64,000 nucleotides of DNA from Eubacteriales bacterium (GCA_045580005.1 JAZNMZ010000012.1:6037-70036); one strand, 5' to 3'. Positions 49,510-59,954 are shown, counted from the stretch's first letter. Numbers and translations are program-made. Notes: a model not told the origin generated them from the letters alone.

Positions 49510-50277
49510 ATGAAGGTAAAAATTATCGCTCACTCCCCCGATCCCGACAAGATTATTGCAGCTGCGGCAAAGCTCTGCTACTCGCCTGTCGGCACAGACG
49601 AGATAATGGAGGGTCTTACCGAAGAAAAGACAGAGAAATTTATAAATATGCTCATGTCGCTCGGTCATGAAAGTCCTGTTGAGCACGCGACCTTTACCTT
49701 TGCGGTTGAGGGCGTATCGCGCGCACTGCTTGCGCAGCTCACACGCCACAGAATGGCGTCATACAGCGTGCAGAGTCAGAGATATGTTGATAAAGAAAAC
49801 TTTGAATACATCATTCCGCCCGAAATTGAGGCAGTTCCGGAGGCAAAAAAGCTTTTCATCAAAGCAATGGACGATGACAGAGAAACATACCGCAAGCTCA
49901 ATAAGATACTTACCGAAAAGCATACAAAAGACAATATTGCCGCAGGTATGGACGAGAAAAAGGCTGCCTCCGCCGCCGGAAAAAAGGCAAACGAGGACTC
50001 GCGTTATGTGCTTTCCAACGCCTGCGACACAAAGATTGTTATGACAATGAATGTACGCTCTTTATACAACTTCTTCAATCTGCGCTGCTGCACAAGAGCC
50101 CAGTGGGAAATCCGCGCTCTTGCCTGCGAAATGCTCAGGCTTGTGAAAGAGGTTTCGCCCATTCTCTTTAAGAATGCAGGACCGTCCTGCGTAGCAGGAG
50201 CCTGCTCCGAGGGAGCTTTCTCGTGCGGCAGAGCAAAGGAAGTAAGAGAAATAATCGGAAAAGGCGGCAGTGTATAA
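49510..50277 (+). CDS. thyX: FAD-dependent thymidylate synthase
   Basis: [31 protein letters not shown]. Confidence 0.97.
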   Translation: MKVKIIAHSPDPDKIIAAAAKLCYSPVGTDEIMEGLTEEKTEKFINMLMSLGHESPVEHATFTFAVEGVSRALLAQLTRHRMASYSVQSQRYVDKENFEYIIPPEIEAVPEAKKLFIKAMDDDRETYRKLNKILTEKHTKDNIAAGMDEKKAASAAGKKANEDSRYVLSNACDTKIVMTMNVRSLYNFFNLRCCTRAQWEIRALACEMLRLVKEVSPILFKNAGPSCVAGACSEGAFSCGRAKEVREIIGKGGSV

Positions 50278-50972
50278 TGGCCTATCTTATAGCAATAGAC
50301 GGCACAGACGCCTCGGGCAAGGCGACGCAGACAGCGCTTCTCGAAAAAAGGCTGAAGGATATCGGGTATGAAGTGATTTCGGTTTCGTTCCCCGACTATG
50401 CCTCGCGCGCCTGCGAGCCTGTAAAGATGTATCTTGAGGGGGCCTTTGGAAGCAAGCCGTCTGATACAAACCCATATGCGGCATCAAGCTTTTTTGCTGT
50501 CGACAGGTATGCCTCTTTTAAGACAAAGTGGGAGCAGTTCTACAAAAAAGACGATTGTGTTATTCTTCTCAACAGATACACGACATCAAACGCTGTTCAC
50601 CAGCTTTCCAAGATGATAAGCATGCCTGATGACGAGAAAAGGGCGTTTCTCGATTGGCTTTTTGATTTTGAATTTACAAAGCTCGGTCTCCCATCGCCAG
50701 ACCTTACCGTCTATCTTGAGATGCCGACCGACATATCGCTTGCGCTTCTTGACAAGCGTTGTGACGATACGGGAGCAAAAAAGGATATTCACGAGCTCGA
50801 TTCAAGGCACTTATACGACAGCCATGCAGCGGCAATATTTGCCTGCGAGAATCTGGGTTGGCACAGAATTCTTTGCGGAGCAGACGGCAAGCCGTTTGAG
50901 CTTTCGGATATACACGAAAAAGTGTTTTCGCTCTTTTGCGATAATATGCCAAAGAGCTTTAAAAGACTATGA
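50277..50972 (+). CDS. tmk: Thymidylate kinase
   Basis: IDGTDASGKATQ, SFPDY, DRY, NRYTTSN, PDL, DIHE; overlaps the thyX stop. Confidence 0.88.
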   Translation: MAYLIAIDGTDASGKATQTALLEKRLKDIGYEVISVSFPDYASRACEPVKMYLEGAFGSKPSDTNPYAASSFFAVDRYASFKTKWEQFYKKDDCVILLNRYTTSNAVHQLSKMISMPDDEKRAFLDWLFDFEFTKLGLPSPDLTVYLEMPTDISLALLDKRCDDTGAKKDIHELDSRHLYDSHAAAIFACENLGWHRILCGADGKPFELSDIHEKVFSLFCDNMPKSFKRL

Positions 50973-51796
50973 AAGAGAGCTTCTTTTCTTTCAAAACCTC
51001 ATCGCTCGACCCTGATATCAGAGCACAGGTTGCCGATTTGTGGCATAACGCTTTCGGCGACAGCAAGGAGTATATAGAGAGCGCTCTTTCGAGCTTTCTT
51101 TCCGACGCTTTTTGCTTTTATGCCACATACAACGGCAGAGTCTGCAGTATGTTTTTTTTGCTTGAGCTTCCCTGCAGATATGAGGGCTCTGTGTGCCGTT
51201 CTTATTACCTATATGCAGCGGCAACAGAAAAGAAAATGCGAAATAAGCATTTTTTTACTCGTCTTTTTGACTACGCAAAAGTCATACTGCGCGAGAACTT
51301 TTCGGCAGAATTTATCTTTTTGAAGCCTGCGAGCAGAGCTCTTTTTGACTTTTACAAAAAATTATCCTTTGAAAGCACCTCTTTTTACAGAGCTTGCAAT
51401 ATAAATGCCGAAAATACGGGATATAATTTCACTGTGCAAAAAAATCCTGATGACAGACTGTATGAGGTATACAAAAAAGCTGTCGCAAGCTATGAATATG
51501 CGATAATAAAGAGCAAAGATATTTTTTTTGCCTCTTTGCTCGACATTCTGTCCGGAGGGTTTTCTCTCGCGGTCTTTGACGGTGGATTTGCCGTATACCG
51601 CGACCGAATAATTTATGATATATGTGCGAGCAACAAGGCTGACAGAGAGTCGGTATGCAAGAGCCTTGCAGCTTTTATGGGAAATTCCTCTGTTAAGGCG
51701 AATATTTTTGACAGCAACGGTTCCCCTATGTATATGGCACTGGCACTCGGTGAAAAGAGAGTAAAAAACACGCTGTGCTCGCTTCTTTTTGAATGA
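50969..51796 (+). CDS. GNAT acetyltransferase (Eis-like N-terminus)
   Basis: LWHNAFGD, YLYAAAT..R, LKPA..LFDFYKKL. Confidence 0.8.
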   Translation: MKESFFSFKTSSLDPDIRAQVADLWHNAFGDSKEYIESALSSFLSDAFCFYATYNGRVCSMFFLLELPCRYEGSVCRSYYLYAAATEKKMRNKHFFTRLFDYAKVILRENFSAEFIFLKPASRALFDFYKKLSFESTSFYRACNINAENTGYNFTVQKNPDDRLYEVYKKAVASYEYAIIKSKDIFFASLLDILSGGFSLAVFDGGFAVYRDRIIYDICASNKADRESVCKSLAAFMGNSSVKANIFDSNGSPMYMALALGEKRVKNTLCSLLFE

Positions 51797-51862
51797 TTTT
51801 GTTTTTTACCGAATATTTGTAAAGCAATTTTGCGTATAAATGATTATGTGGGAGGATGACAA

Positions 51863-52399
51863 ATGGTATATGTTTTTCTTGCCGACGGTTTTGAAGAAAT
51901 CGAGGCACTGACACAGGTCGACTATTTAAGACGCGCAGGGATAGAAATAAAAACTGTCGGCGTGACCGGCAAAACAGTCACGGGTGCGCACAGTATTCCC
52001 GTTGTCTGCGATATCACGCAAGACGAGATTGTCCTCTCGGACGACCTTGAGATGATAATTCTCCCAGGCGGTATTCCCGGAGTGCCCAATCTTTCAAAGA
52101 GTGAAGCCGTGAAAAAGGCGATTCTTTTTGCAAAAGAAAAGGGCAGATACATTGCGGCAATATGCGCCGCCCCCACTCTGCTTGCACAGATGGGACTTCT
52201 TGATGGGAAAAAGGCAGTATGCTACCCCTCTATGAGCAGCGAGCTCGAGTGCTATACCGACGAGTCTGTTGTGACAGACGGAATATTCATCACCGCAAAG
52301 GCGGCAGGCGCATCCGAGCAATTCTCGTTTGCGATTATATCGGCACTGCGTGCACACGATGCGGCACAGAAAGTGAGAGAAGCCATCTGTGCTCGCTGA
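51863..52399 (+). CDS. DJ-1/PfpI (ThiJ) family protein
   Basis: GFEEIEA, LPGGIPG, AAICAAP. Confidence 0.93.
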   Translation: MVYVFLADGFEEIEALTQVDYLRRAGIEIKTVGVTGKTVTGAHSIPVVCDITQDEIVLSDDLEMIILPGGIPGVPNLSKSEAVKKAILFAKEKGRYIAAICAAPTLLAQMGLLDGKKAVCYPSMSSELECYTDESVVTDGIFITAKAAGASEQFSFAIISALRAHDAAQKVREAICAR

Positions 52400-52433
52400 A
52401 ACAACAAACAACAATCTGCAGAAAGGATATGCT

Positions 52434-53018
52434 ATGAGTGAGATCAGGACACAAAAACTTGAAATGAGAGAACACTACCTCGAAGTACGCAAGGAAATCC
52501 CCTTACAGCAGAGAAAGCAGTGGGACGAAAAAATCCTCACAAGACTGCGTGCGTCAATCACATACCGGCACAGCAAGGATATTCTCCTTTACGCCTCCAC
52601 TCCCGATGAGGTAGACACAGAGCAGATATTTGATCTTGCAATAAAAGACGGTAAAAGAGTTGCTTTCCCTTGCTGCAATCCCGAAACCAACACGATGACA
52701 TACAGATACATCACAGACCGCTCGCAGCTGACTGGCAGGTATTTTGACATACCCGAGCCATCACCCGAGTGCGAGGAATGTGTTCCGAACAATTTTACTC
52801 TGTGCATTGTGCCCGGACTTGTGTTTGACAAGGACGGATATCGCATAGGCTACGGCAAAGGCTATTACGACAGATTCTTGTCGGGCTTCGGCGGTGTTTC
52901 GATAGGACTTGTGTACTCGGCTCTTCTGCTGCCCAAGGTGCCCAAGGGCAGATTTGACAGACATGTAGATGTCCTTATAAGTGAAAAAGGAGTGTATGCT
53001 GTAAATGCTCCGAAATAA
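52434..53018 (+). CDS. 5-formyltetrahydrofolate cyclo-ligase
   Basis: EVDT, IPEP, VPGLVFDKDGYRIGYGKGYYDRFL. Confidence 0.95.
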   Translation: MSEIRTQKLEMREHYLEVRKEIPLQQRKQWDEKILTRLRASITYRHSKDILLYASTPDEVDTEQIFDLAIKDGKRVAFPCCNPETNTMTYRYITDRSQLTGRYFDIPEPSPECEECVPNNFTLCIVPGLVFDKDGYRIGYGKGYYDRFLSGFGGVSIGLVYSALLLPKVPKGRFDRHVDVLISEKGVYAVNAPK

Positions 53019-53958
53019 AGAAAATAACGGCAACGAAATAAAGTACGGCATTTTGCCCGAGGCAGTGCACGGCGCACCTGCGCTTGCCTGCGCGGTGCTT
53101 GCTGCCATGGCAGGTGCATTTATCGCATCAAAGGTTGGGGCTTTCTCGGGCTTTGAGACCGAAATGACACTGGCGCTTGTGCAGCTTGCGGCTTTTGTTA
53201 TACCGGGAGCCGTTTACTTCCTGTTATACGGGAAAAGACGGCTTTACGCCAACTTTATAAGGCGTCCCGAAAAAGTCTGCGGAAAGTTTACGATTATTTC
53301 AGGCTTTTTGCTTGTTGTCACCGTAATACTCACAAAGGCAATTTCGGCGTATGTCAGCACCCCTAAGGTGACAGGCTCTGTTTACTCGCCGGATGCAAAT
53401 CTTCTCACTGTCATTGCGGTAAGTGTAATTCTTCCGCCCCTGCTTGAGGAAATTACAGTACGAGGCTTTATCCTCTCGGCATACGAGAAAAAGTGTGGCG
53501 GAGCCGTAGCAATCACCGCTTCTGCCATAATTTTTGCATTTTTGCACTTTTCGCTCAACGACTTTTTTACATACTTTGTGGCAGGCCTTATTCTCGGCAC
53601 GCTCGTATATGTTACCCGCTCGGTTTTTGGAGCAATTATCATCCATCTTGTAAACAACATCATAAGCTTATATTTTGACAGTACGGTTTTCAGAATTGTG
53701 TCAGAAAGCAACAGCGGTCTTGTTGCTATATTCGTCCTTGCCCTGTTTGCTCTGTTTCTGGTTTTTATGCTCCTTTCCGAGCTTGAAAACATCTGCAAAG
53801 GCAGATTTTTTGCTCTTGCAAAAACGGACAAGCAGAACGAATGTGCAAGACTTACAGCAGAGGATACAAGCTTGTGGAAAAGTATAAAATTTGTAGTAGC
53901 GTCCCCGTTTTTTATACTTGCGGCAATATTATTCTTTGTATTTGCGGCAATTATCTGA
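53005..53958 (+). CDS. CPBP (CAAX/Abi) intramembrane metalloprotease
   Basis: EEITVRG, FAFLH, HLVNN; multiple TM. Confidence 0.88.
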   Translation: MLRNKENNGNEIKYGILPEAVHGAPALACAVLAAMAGAFIASKVGAFSGFETEMTLALVQLAAFVIPGAVYFLLYGKRRLYANFIRRPEKVCGKFTIISGFLLVVTVILTKAISAYVSTPKVTGSVYSPDANLLTVIAVSVILPPLLEEITVRGFILSAYEKKCGGAVAITASAIIFAFLHFSLNDFFTYFVAGLILGTLVYVTRSVFGAIIIHLVNNIISLYFDSTVFRIVSESNSGLVAIFVLALFALFLVFMLLSELENICKGRFFALAKTDKQNECARLTAEDTSLWKSIKFVVASPFFILAAILFFVFAAII

Positions 53959-53984
53959 GGGACAAAAAGTGAGGAGGTAAAAAC

Positions 53985-55391
53985 ATGCAGGATCCGCAAA
54001 AGGACAAAAAAGACAGGCTCAGAATTGACGACAATGTAGATTCGATGCTCAATATATTAAGAGATAGGGAAAAGAATGAGCCAAAAGCACCAGTTGCAGA
54101 AGCTCCAGTATCAGCCGCACAGCAGACCGAGAGCATCCCTGCTCCCGCAAAACAGGCATCAAAGGTACATAAAAATCAAGTAAAGGGTGTTCTTTCAGCT
54201 TTGAAACCGAAGAATAAGTCTTCAAAAGGCCATGTTGTCGACTTTGACGATATTGATCCGGAAACGGCAAAGATAAGAAGAAACAAAAAGCTTTCCAAAA
54301 CCGCAAAAAGCGGAAAAACTGCCGCTGTTGCTCTCGGAAAAATTGTGGGATACATCGTGCTTGTTGTAGCCATATCGGCAATTCTTGCGGTTAATATCAT
54401 CAACATTGCAAATGATGTGTTTGCCTTTGTAAAGGATGACACGCCTGTCATAGTTACAATCCCTGAGGGCGCCGACACAAAGCTTGTTGCGAAAATTCTT
54501 CATGACAACGGACTTATCGAGTATCCTGGTATTTTCAAAAGCTATGTTAACGGCAAAATCAAGGATTCGATATACCTCACAGGCGAGTACAAATCAGGCG
54601 AGTTTGAGCTCAATCCAATGATGAACTACGACAAGTTCATCTCGACACTTTCGGTTTATACTCAGTCTGTAAGACAGACCGTGAGAGTCACAATCCCCGA
54701 GGGTTATACCGTTGATCAGATAATCGACCTGCTTATCGAAAAGGGCGTCGGCCAGAGAGAAGACTACATCGACGCAATAGAAAACTATGATTACAACTAC
54801 AAGTTTGTAAAAGAAATCAAGCCGAATGAGGACAGAAAGTATCGTCTTGAGGGTTATCTGTTCCCCGACACTTATGACTTCTTTACAGATGAAAAGGAAA
54901 TTTCGGTAATCAACAAGCTACTGTCGAACTTTGACAAAAAGTTTGATGACGAATATTATGCAAGAGCCGACGCGCTAGGAATGAGCGTCGACCAAATCAT
55001 CACTCTTGCATCAATAATAGAAAAAGAAGGAAAATACGCCGAGGACCTTGCAGGTATCTCGTCGGTATTCCACAACCGTCTTGCGGCAGGAAGCCCGATA
55101 AGAAGACTGCAGTCTGACGCCACGGTTATGTATGCGCTGCCCGAGAGAAAGACAAGCCTCACATCAGAGGATCTTAAAGTGGACAGTCCTTACAACTCGT
55201 ATACAAACGACGGTCTTATCCCCGGCTCTATATGCAACCCGGGTCTTGACGCGATAAATGCAGCCTTCTATCCTGAAAGTACAAGAAATTATTACTTCTT
55301 CTCAACAAAGGACGGACACACAGTGTTCTCGCAGACCAACGCCCAGCACGAGGCCCGTCAGAACGAAGAAAGAGCAAAAGGAAACTTCTAA
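53985..55391 (+). CDS. mltG: Endolytic transglycosylase
   Basis: TIPEG, LEGYLFPDTY, LASIIEKE, VFHNRL, LQSDAT, SPYNSY. Confidence 0.95.
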   Translation: MQDPQKDKKDRLRIDDNVDSMLNILRDREKNEPKAPVAEAPVSAAQQTESIPAPAKQASKVHKNQVKGVLSALKPKNKSSKGHVVDFDDIDPETAKIRRNKKLSKTAKSGKTAAVALGKIVGYIVLVVAISAILAVNIINIANDVFAFVKDDTPVIVTIPEGADTKLVAKILHDNGLIEYPGIFKSYVNGKIKDSIYLTGEYKSGEFELNPMMNYDKFISTLSVYTQSVRQTVRVTIPEGYTVDQIIDLLIEKGVGQREDYIDAIENYDYNYKFVKEIKPNEDRKYRLEGYLFPDTYDFFTDEKEISVINKLLSNFDKKFDDEYYARADALGMSVDQIITLASIIEKEGKYAEDLAGISSVFHNRLAAGSPIRRLQSDATVMYALPERKTSLTSEDLKVDSPYNSYTNDGLIPGSICNPGLDAINAAFYPESTRNYYFFSTKDGHTVFSQTNAQHEARQNEERAKGNF

Positions 55392-55395
55392 AAGT

Positions 55396-56637
55396 ATGAA
55401 AAAGCCCGAAATTCTATCCCCTTGCGGAAACTTTGAAAAGCTGAAGTTTGCAATTCTCTACGGTGCAGACGCGGTATATCTTGCAGGCAAGAGCTTTGGA
55501 ATGCGAACCGCGTCAGACAATTTCACCGACGAGGAGCTCCGCGATGCGATAAGCTATGCTCACGGCAAAAATGTAAAGGTGTACATCACAGCAAACATTA
55601 TGCCGCGACAGGATGAGCTACCCGATTTTATAAGGTATTTATCTTATCTCAACGAGATAAAACCCGACGCTGTAATCATCGCAGACCTTGGCGTACTGTC
55701 GCTTGCAAAAAAATATGCGCCCGATATTGATATACACATATCAACCCAGGCAAACACGGTGAATGCCCTGTCGTGCAGGATGTTCTACGAGCTCGGGGCA
55801 AAAAGAGTGGTGCTGTCGCGCGAGCTGTCGCTGCGTGAGATTACCCAGATAAAAAAGGAAATACCAAAGGAGCTTGAGCTTGAAGCGTTTGTCCATGGTG
55901 CAATGTGTGTGTCGCACTCGGGGCGCTGTCTGCTTTCAAACTTCTTTACGGGCAGAGACGCAAACCATGGCGCCTGTGCTCAGCCGTGCAGATGGGAATA
56001 TCACGGTGCAGGTCTCTCTGCCGACATATATGAGATAAAGCGCCCTGATATGCAGCTGTCTGCTCTCGAAAACGAGCGTGGAACATTTATTTTCAGCTCA
56101 AAGGATATGTGTATGATTGAGCACATACCCGAGCTTGTAAAAGCGGGTATAGACAGTCTCAAGATAGAGGGCAGAGTAAAAAGCGCATACTACACAGCAG
56201 TTACGACCAACGCTTACAAAACGGAGCTTGAAAAATATCTTGCCGACCCCGACGGCTATAGTTTCGACGGTCTTGCAAAGACAGAGCTTGAGAGTGTAAG
56301 CCACAGAGAGTACTGCACGGGATATTATTTTGACGATCCTATGTTCAACGCGCAGATTACCGAGAGCGGCGGATACATTAAAGAAAAGGCTTTTCTTGCC
56401 ACCGTCGAGGAGTACAACAGTGCAACAGGCAGAGCAACTCTGATACAGCGTAACAAGGCGGTCTGTGGGCAAACAGCCGATATTATAACGCCGGGCGGAG
56501 CACCCCGCAGCTTTGTCTTCGAGGATATGCGCGACGAAAAGGGTTGTCCGATAGACTCGGCTCCCCACGCAAAGATGCTCTATTCGGTAAAAGTGCCGTT
56601 TGAAGTAAAGGCCGGCGACATCATAAGAGGAAAATAA
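55396..56637 (+). CDS. U32 family peptidase (TrhP-like tRNA hydroxylation)
   Basis: PEILSP, GADAVY, HISTQAN, HGAMCVSHSGRC, CAQPCR, KIEGR. Confidence 0.92.
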   Translation: MKKPEILSPCGNFEKLKFAILYGADAVYLAGKSFGMRTASDNFTDEELRDAISYAHGKNVKVYITANIMPRQDELPDFIRYLSYLNEIKPDAVIIADLGVLSLAKKYAPDIDIHISTQANTVNALSCRMFYELGAKRVVLSRELSLREITQIKKEIPKELELEAFVHGAMCVSHSGRCLLSNFFTGRDANHGACAQPCRWEYHGAGLSADIYEIKRPDMQLSALENERGTFIFSSKDMCMIEHIPELVKAGIDSLKIEGRVKSAYYTAVTTNAYKTELEKYLADPDGYSFDGLAKTELESVSHREYCTGYYFDDPMFNAQITESGGYIKEKAFLATVEEYNSATGRATLIQRNKAVCGQTADIITPGGAPRSFVFEDMRDEKGCPIDSAPHAKMLYSVKVPFEVKAGDIIRGK

Positions 56638-56678
56638 AGCAAAGAGAAATCCGTGCACTGCACGGATTTCTCTTTGCT
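56638..56678. terminator. Perfect 20-bp-arm inverted repeat, probable bidirectional terminator
   Basis: AGCAAAGAGAAATCCGTGCA-c-TGCACGGATTTCTCTTTGCT between convergent genes. Confidence 0.8.
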
Positions 56679-56681
56679 CGC

Positions 56682-57491
56682 TTAACCTATAAAATAGTCC
56701 TCAGGATTTATGCATTCCTCATCAAGATATAGCTCGAAATGCAAATGCGGGACATCAGCGCTCTCGATAATTGCGCTTTCGCCCACTCCCCCTATAATCT
56801 CGCCCGCCTTTACGGTATTTCCGACAACGGCTGTCTGGGAAAGGCTTTCCGAAAGATTGCGGTAGCAAGACACAAGACCTCCCGAGTGCTTGATAACAAC
56901 CGTCACTCCCATAAGATCGTCGGTGTAGATTTCTGTGATAATTCCGTCTGCAAAGGCGGCAACGCCTGTGCCGATATCGGAGGCAAGATCGACTCCGTTG
57001 TGCGTCCTGAAGTCATTCATTGTGGGAGTATAGAGAAGCTCTGTTTCCGAGTACTCTCTTGTAATATATCCGTCAACCGGCTTTACTCTCACCGTCGGGA
57101 TAGTGCCCCCGTCAAATGTTGGTTCTGTAATGACAGGCTCCGTGTCTGTTACATTCTCCTCTAGCACGCTCTGCTCGGTATACTCGGGATCATCCACCCT
57201 GGAGCTTATATTTTCGGGACTTTCCGAAACGCTTGTATCGGGCACAAAATAGTCTTGCGGCAGGTCGTGCTCTGCCTGCTTTGGCAGAGTGTCGTCAAGG
57301 CTTATAAAATCATAGCTCTCACTTTCAAGCTCAAAATCGGGACTCTCATAGCCGCTGTTGCCGCCGATGATATTTCTGACACCGTTCGATGTTATTCCTA
57401 TCACTACGGCTGCAAGGGCTATGTATACCCCTGCGCTTGTAAGCTGTTTTTTTATTCTTCCTGTTTTTTCGCTGTTACTTTGCTTTTTCAA
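56682..57491 (-). CDS. M23 metallopeptidase, SpoIIQ-like
   Basis: N-terminal TM (GVYIALAAVVIGI), acidic linker, YTPTMNDFRTHNGVDL, HLHFE; TTG start 8 nt after GGAGG. Confidence 0.8.
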   Translation of the reverse strand: MKKQSNSEKTGRIKKQLTSAGVYIALAAVVIGITSNGVRNIIGGNSGYESPDFELESESYDFISLDDTLPKQAEHDLPQDYFVPDTSVSESPENISSRVDDPEYTEQSVLEENVTDTEPVITEPTFDGGTIPTVRVKPVDGYITREYSETELLYTPTMNDFRTHNGVDLASDIGTGVAAFADGIITEIYTDDLMGVTVVIKHSGGLVSCYRNLSESLSQTAVVGNTVKAGEIIGGVGESAIIESADVPHLHFELYLDEECINPEDYFIG

Positions 57492-57559
57492 ATAAAACAC
57501 CTCCGCATATATTTTTTACCGCCACGGGCAAATATATACAAACGGAGGTGTGCTTTTTA

Positions 57560-58501
57560 TTATTTATATGCTCTGAATCTGTCATGCAACTCTGCCACAC
57601 GGCTCTCGTCGATAGGCGTTGCATAGACAGGAAAATTCTCGTTTACAAACTCAAATTCCGAAAGCGAGAAAACAAGGTCGCTGTATTTGTCTATATCCTC
57701 GTTGCTCACATTGGTAATAAAGTTGTTACGGAAGTTCTTAACTTTGGAAACAAGTTGAGTCTTGTTGTCCGATACTAAAATCTGTGAAACAAACTCTCTT
57801 ATAAAGCTGATATGAGTCGTTCTTCTTCTGGTGTCGCCGTTTCCGCTGAGATATGAGCGGTAGCGCAAAAGCTGCATTGCCATACTGCCGTCGAGCTGCT
57901 TTGTGCCTTTTGTCAGCTGTATCGGCTCGTATATATCATCATACTGCATATCCTCAGGAATGTTGTATTGTACTCTACCAAGAGAGTTGATGGCGGTCTT
58001 TGCGTTGATTGAATTTGCAACTGCATAAAATTCTATGTCAATACCGACAAGCGCCGACATACGGTCTACAAGGTAATCAACGCCATACATAGCATATGCT
58101 TCGCTCAGCGAAAGCTCATACGAAACACGCTCCCCTGCAGAATCACTGCCTGTGACAGCATACAGGGTGTCGACAGGAATTGCGCTTGCCATAATCTTTT
58201 CTGTTTCAAGGTCGGCGCTCACAAGTATCAGCGCGTCAAGAGCTCTGCTTTTGCTGTCCTCGCATATAACAAGAGCACTGAAGTATGTAACCTCGGGGAT
58301 TTTCTCGGGTGTGTCGGTATCCTCGGGCGGAGTCTCGTTGTCAGGTGTCTTGGTCGAGTCAACAGGCTGCTCCGACCCTTTTTCCCCCGAGCTGTTAAGT
58401 ATGATTTCCTTCTCGAGGTAGCCTACCACATTCCAGGCAATAATCGAAAAAATCACAAGACAAATTAAAAAAGACAGCAAAAACTGTTTTGTCGATGACA
58501 T
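57560..58501 (-). CDS. LCP (LytR-CpsA-Psr) family protein
   Basis: N-terminal TM, AIPVDT, LDGSMAMQLLRYR, GDTRR. Confidence 0.82.
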   Translation of the reverse strand: MSSTKQFLLSFLICLVIFSIIAWNVVGYLEKEIILNSSGEKGSEQPVDSTKTPDNETPPEDTDTPEKIPEVTYFSALVICEDSKSRALDALILVSADLETEKIMASAIPVDTLYAVTGSDSAGERVSYELSLSEAYAMYGVDYLVDRMSALVGIDIEFYAVANSINAKTAINSLGRVQYNIPEDMQYDDIYEPIQLTKGTKQLDGSMAMQLLRYRSYLSGNGDTRRRTTHISFIREFVSQILVSDNKTQLVSKVKNFRNNFITNVSNEDIDKYSDLVFSLSEFEFVNENFPVYATPIDESRVAELHDRFRAYK

Positions 58502-58733
58502 AATATAAATCCTCTGCAAATTAATACAAAATTCGGCAATCTTCGCCTTTTCTTTCATCTAATACAGTATAACATATTTTTTTCTTTTTTGCAACAATGT
58601 ATTTCATAAGTATGAGTAATACTGGAAAATTTTTAATAATTTCACACAGCCGTCACAATATTGATATATAATAACAAAATGTAAAGAAAAATATATTTTT
58701 CCTGTCAGAGTTCAGGAAAAACAGGAGGACAAC

Positions 58734-59846
58734 ATGAAAAGAACAATTACACTGCTTCTCGCCATGATTCTTTGTCTTGGTGCTCTTATGACCGGCTGTG
58801 CAGACAACACCACCCCCGGCATGACTCCCGGCGACAAAACTCAGAACAACGACAAGACAGACACCGTTTCTGCACCCGAAATAGTTCTCACCGAGAACGA
58901 CAGCATCATGATCGGCAAGGTTGGCGACAAAGAAATCAGCTTTGCAGAATACAGAGCTTACTTCAATTCATTCAGATATGAATACGACCTCGGAGATGCC
59001 AGCTTCTGGGAAACCGATAACGACCTTAAGGAAAATCTTTATTCTCAGGTAGAATCAGAAATCAAGGCTGCAACGGCCATTCCCCTGCTTGCTGCTCAGA
59101 AGAATGTGGCTTTCACAGACGAACAGCGCAGCGCTCTTGATGAGTATATGGCAGAAATGATTGAGCAGAACAACAGCGTAGCCGGCACAAGCTATCTTGA
59201 GGAGCTTGCAAAATACAACTTTACAGACGCAGTTTACAGACAGCTTATAGAAAACAACACTCTCGGTTCTCTTTTATACCAGACAGCGTATACTGCAACA
59301 GATGAGCAGATTCTCGAGTACGCAGACGAAAACTATGTCAGAGTAAAACACATCCTCTTTAAGACAACAGCTCTTGATGAGGAAGAAAAAGCCTCGATCA
59401 AGGCTCTTGCTGACAGCGTTGCAGACCGTGCAAAAAACGGCGAGGACTTTGAAAGTCTTGTTACTGAGTACAGTGAAGATGGTATGGATGTTGAAACAGG
59501 CTACTACTTCACAAAGGGCTATATGGTAAAATCTTTTGAAGACGCATCATATGCTCTTGAAATAGGCGAGATAAGCGACCCCATTGAGTCTGAATACGGA
59601 TACCACATCATTAAAAAGTATGAGATGGAAGACGAGTATATTCTCTCCTCTGATGATGTAAAGTCTGAAATTGCGCTTTCTATCATGGCGGTTGATTATC
59701 AGAATGAGCTTCTTTCTCTTGCAAGCACACTCACATTTGAAAAGTACGAAAACTTTGACGAATATCTGCAGAAGCTGTGGGACGAAGCATCAAATAATGG
59801 TGCCGAAGAAGTTGCCGACGCCGAGTTTGAAGAAACAGCAGAATAA
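58734..59846 (+). CDS. PrsA-like parvulin peptidyl-prolyl isomerase lipoprotein
   Basis: LMTGC lipobox; VRVKHIL, YSED, MVKSFEDA, SEYGYHII. Confidence 0.9.
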   Translation: MKRTITLLLAMILCLGALMTGCADNTTPGMTPGDKTQNNDKTDTVSAPEIVLTENDSIMIGKVGDKEISFAEYRAYFNSFRYEYDLGDASFWETDNDLKENLYSQVESEIKAATAIPLLAAQKNVAFTDEQRSALDEYMAEMIEQNNSVAGTSYLEELAKYNFTDAVYRQLIENNTLGSLLYQTAYTATDEQILEYADENYVRVKHILFKTTALDEEEKASIKALADSVADRAKNGEDFESLVTEYSEDGMDVETGYYFTKGYMVKSFEDASYALEIGEISDPIESEYGYHIIKKYEMEDEYILSSDDVKSEIALSIMAVDYQNELLSLASTLTFEKYENFDEYLQKLWDEASNNGAEEVADAEFEETAE

Positions 59847-59855
59847 ATACATTAT

Positions 59856-59882
59856 GAGGACGGCTCTGCCGTCCTCTTTTTT
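59856..59882 (+). terminator. Rho-independent terminator
   Basis: GAGGACGGC-tct-GCCGTCCTC plus T-run. Confidence 0.85.
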
Positions 59883-59954
59883 GTCCCGGAACTATTCATA
59901 TTTACTTAATATTTTTGGTATATAATGGTACGAACTCTTTTTATGGAGGTAAAT

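Noticed and set aside
50560-50600. Tmk has NRY rather than DRY; MurA has PTDMN rather than PTDMQ
   Set aside because: Single substitutions I cannot judge without an alignment; the other motifs are intact
51810-51862. Possible sigmaE/sigmaK promoter before the DJ-1 gene
   Set aside because: Match too degenerate to support
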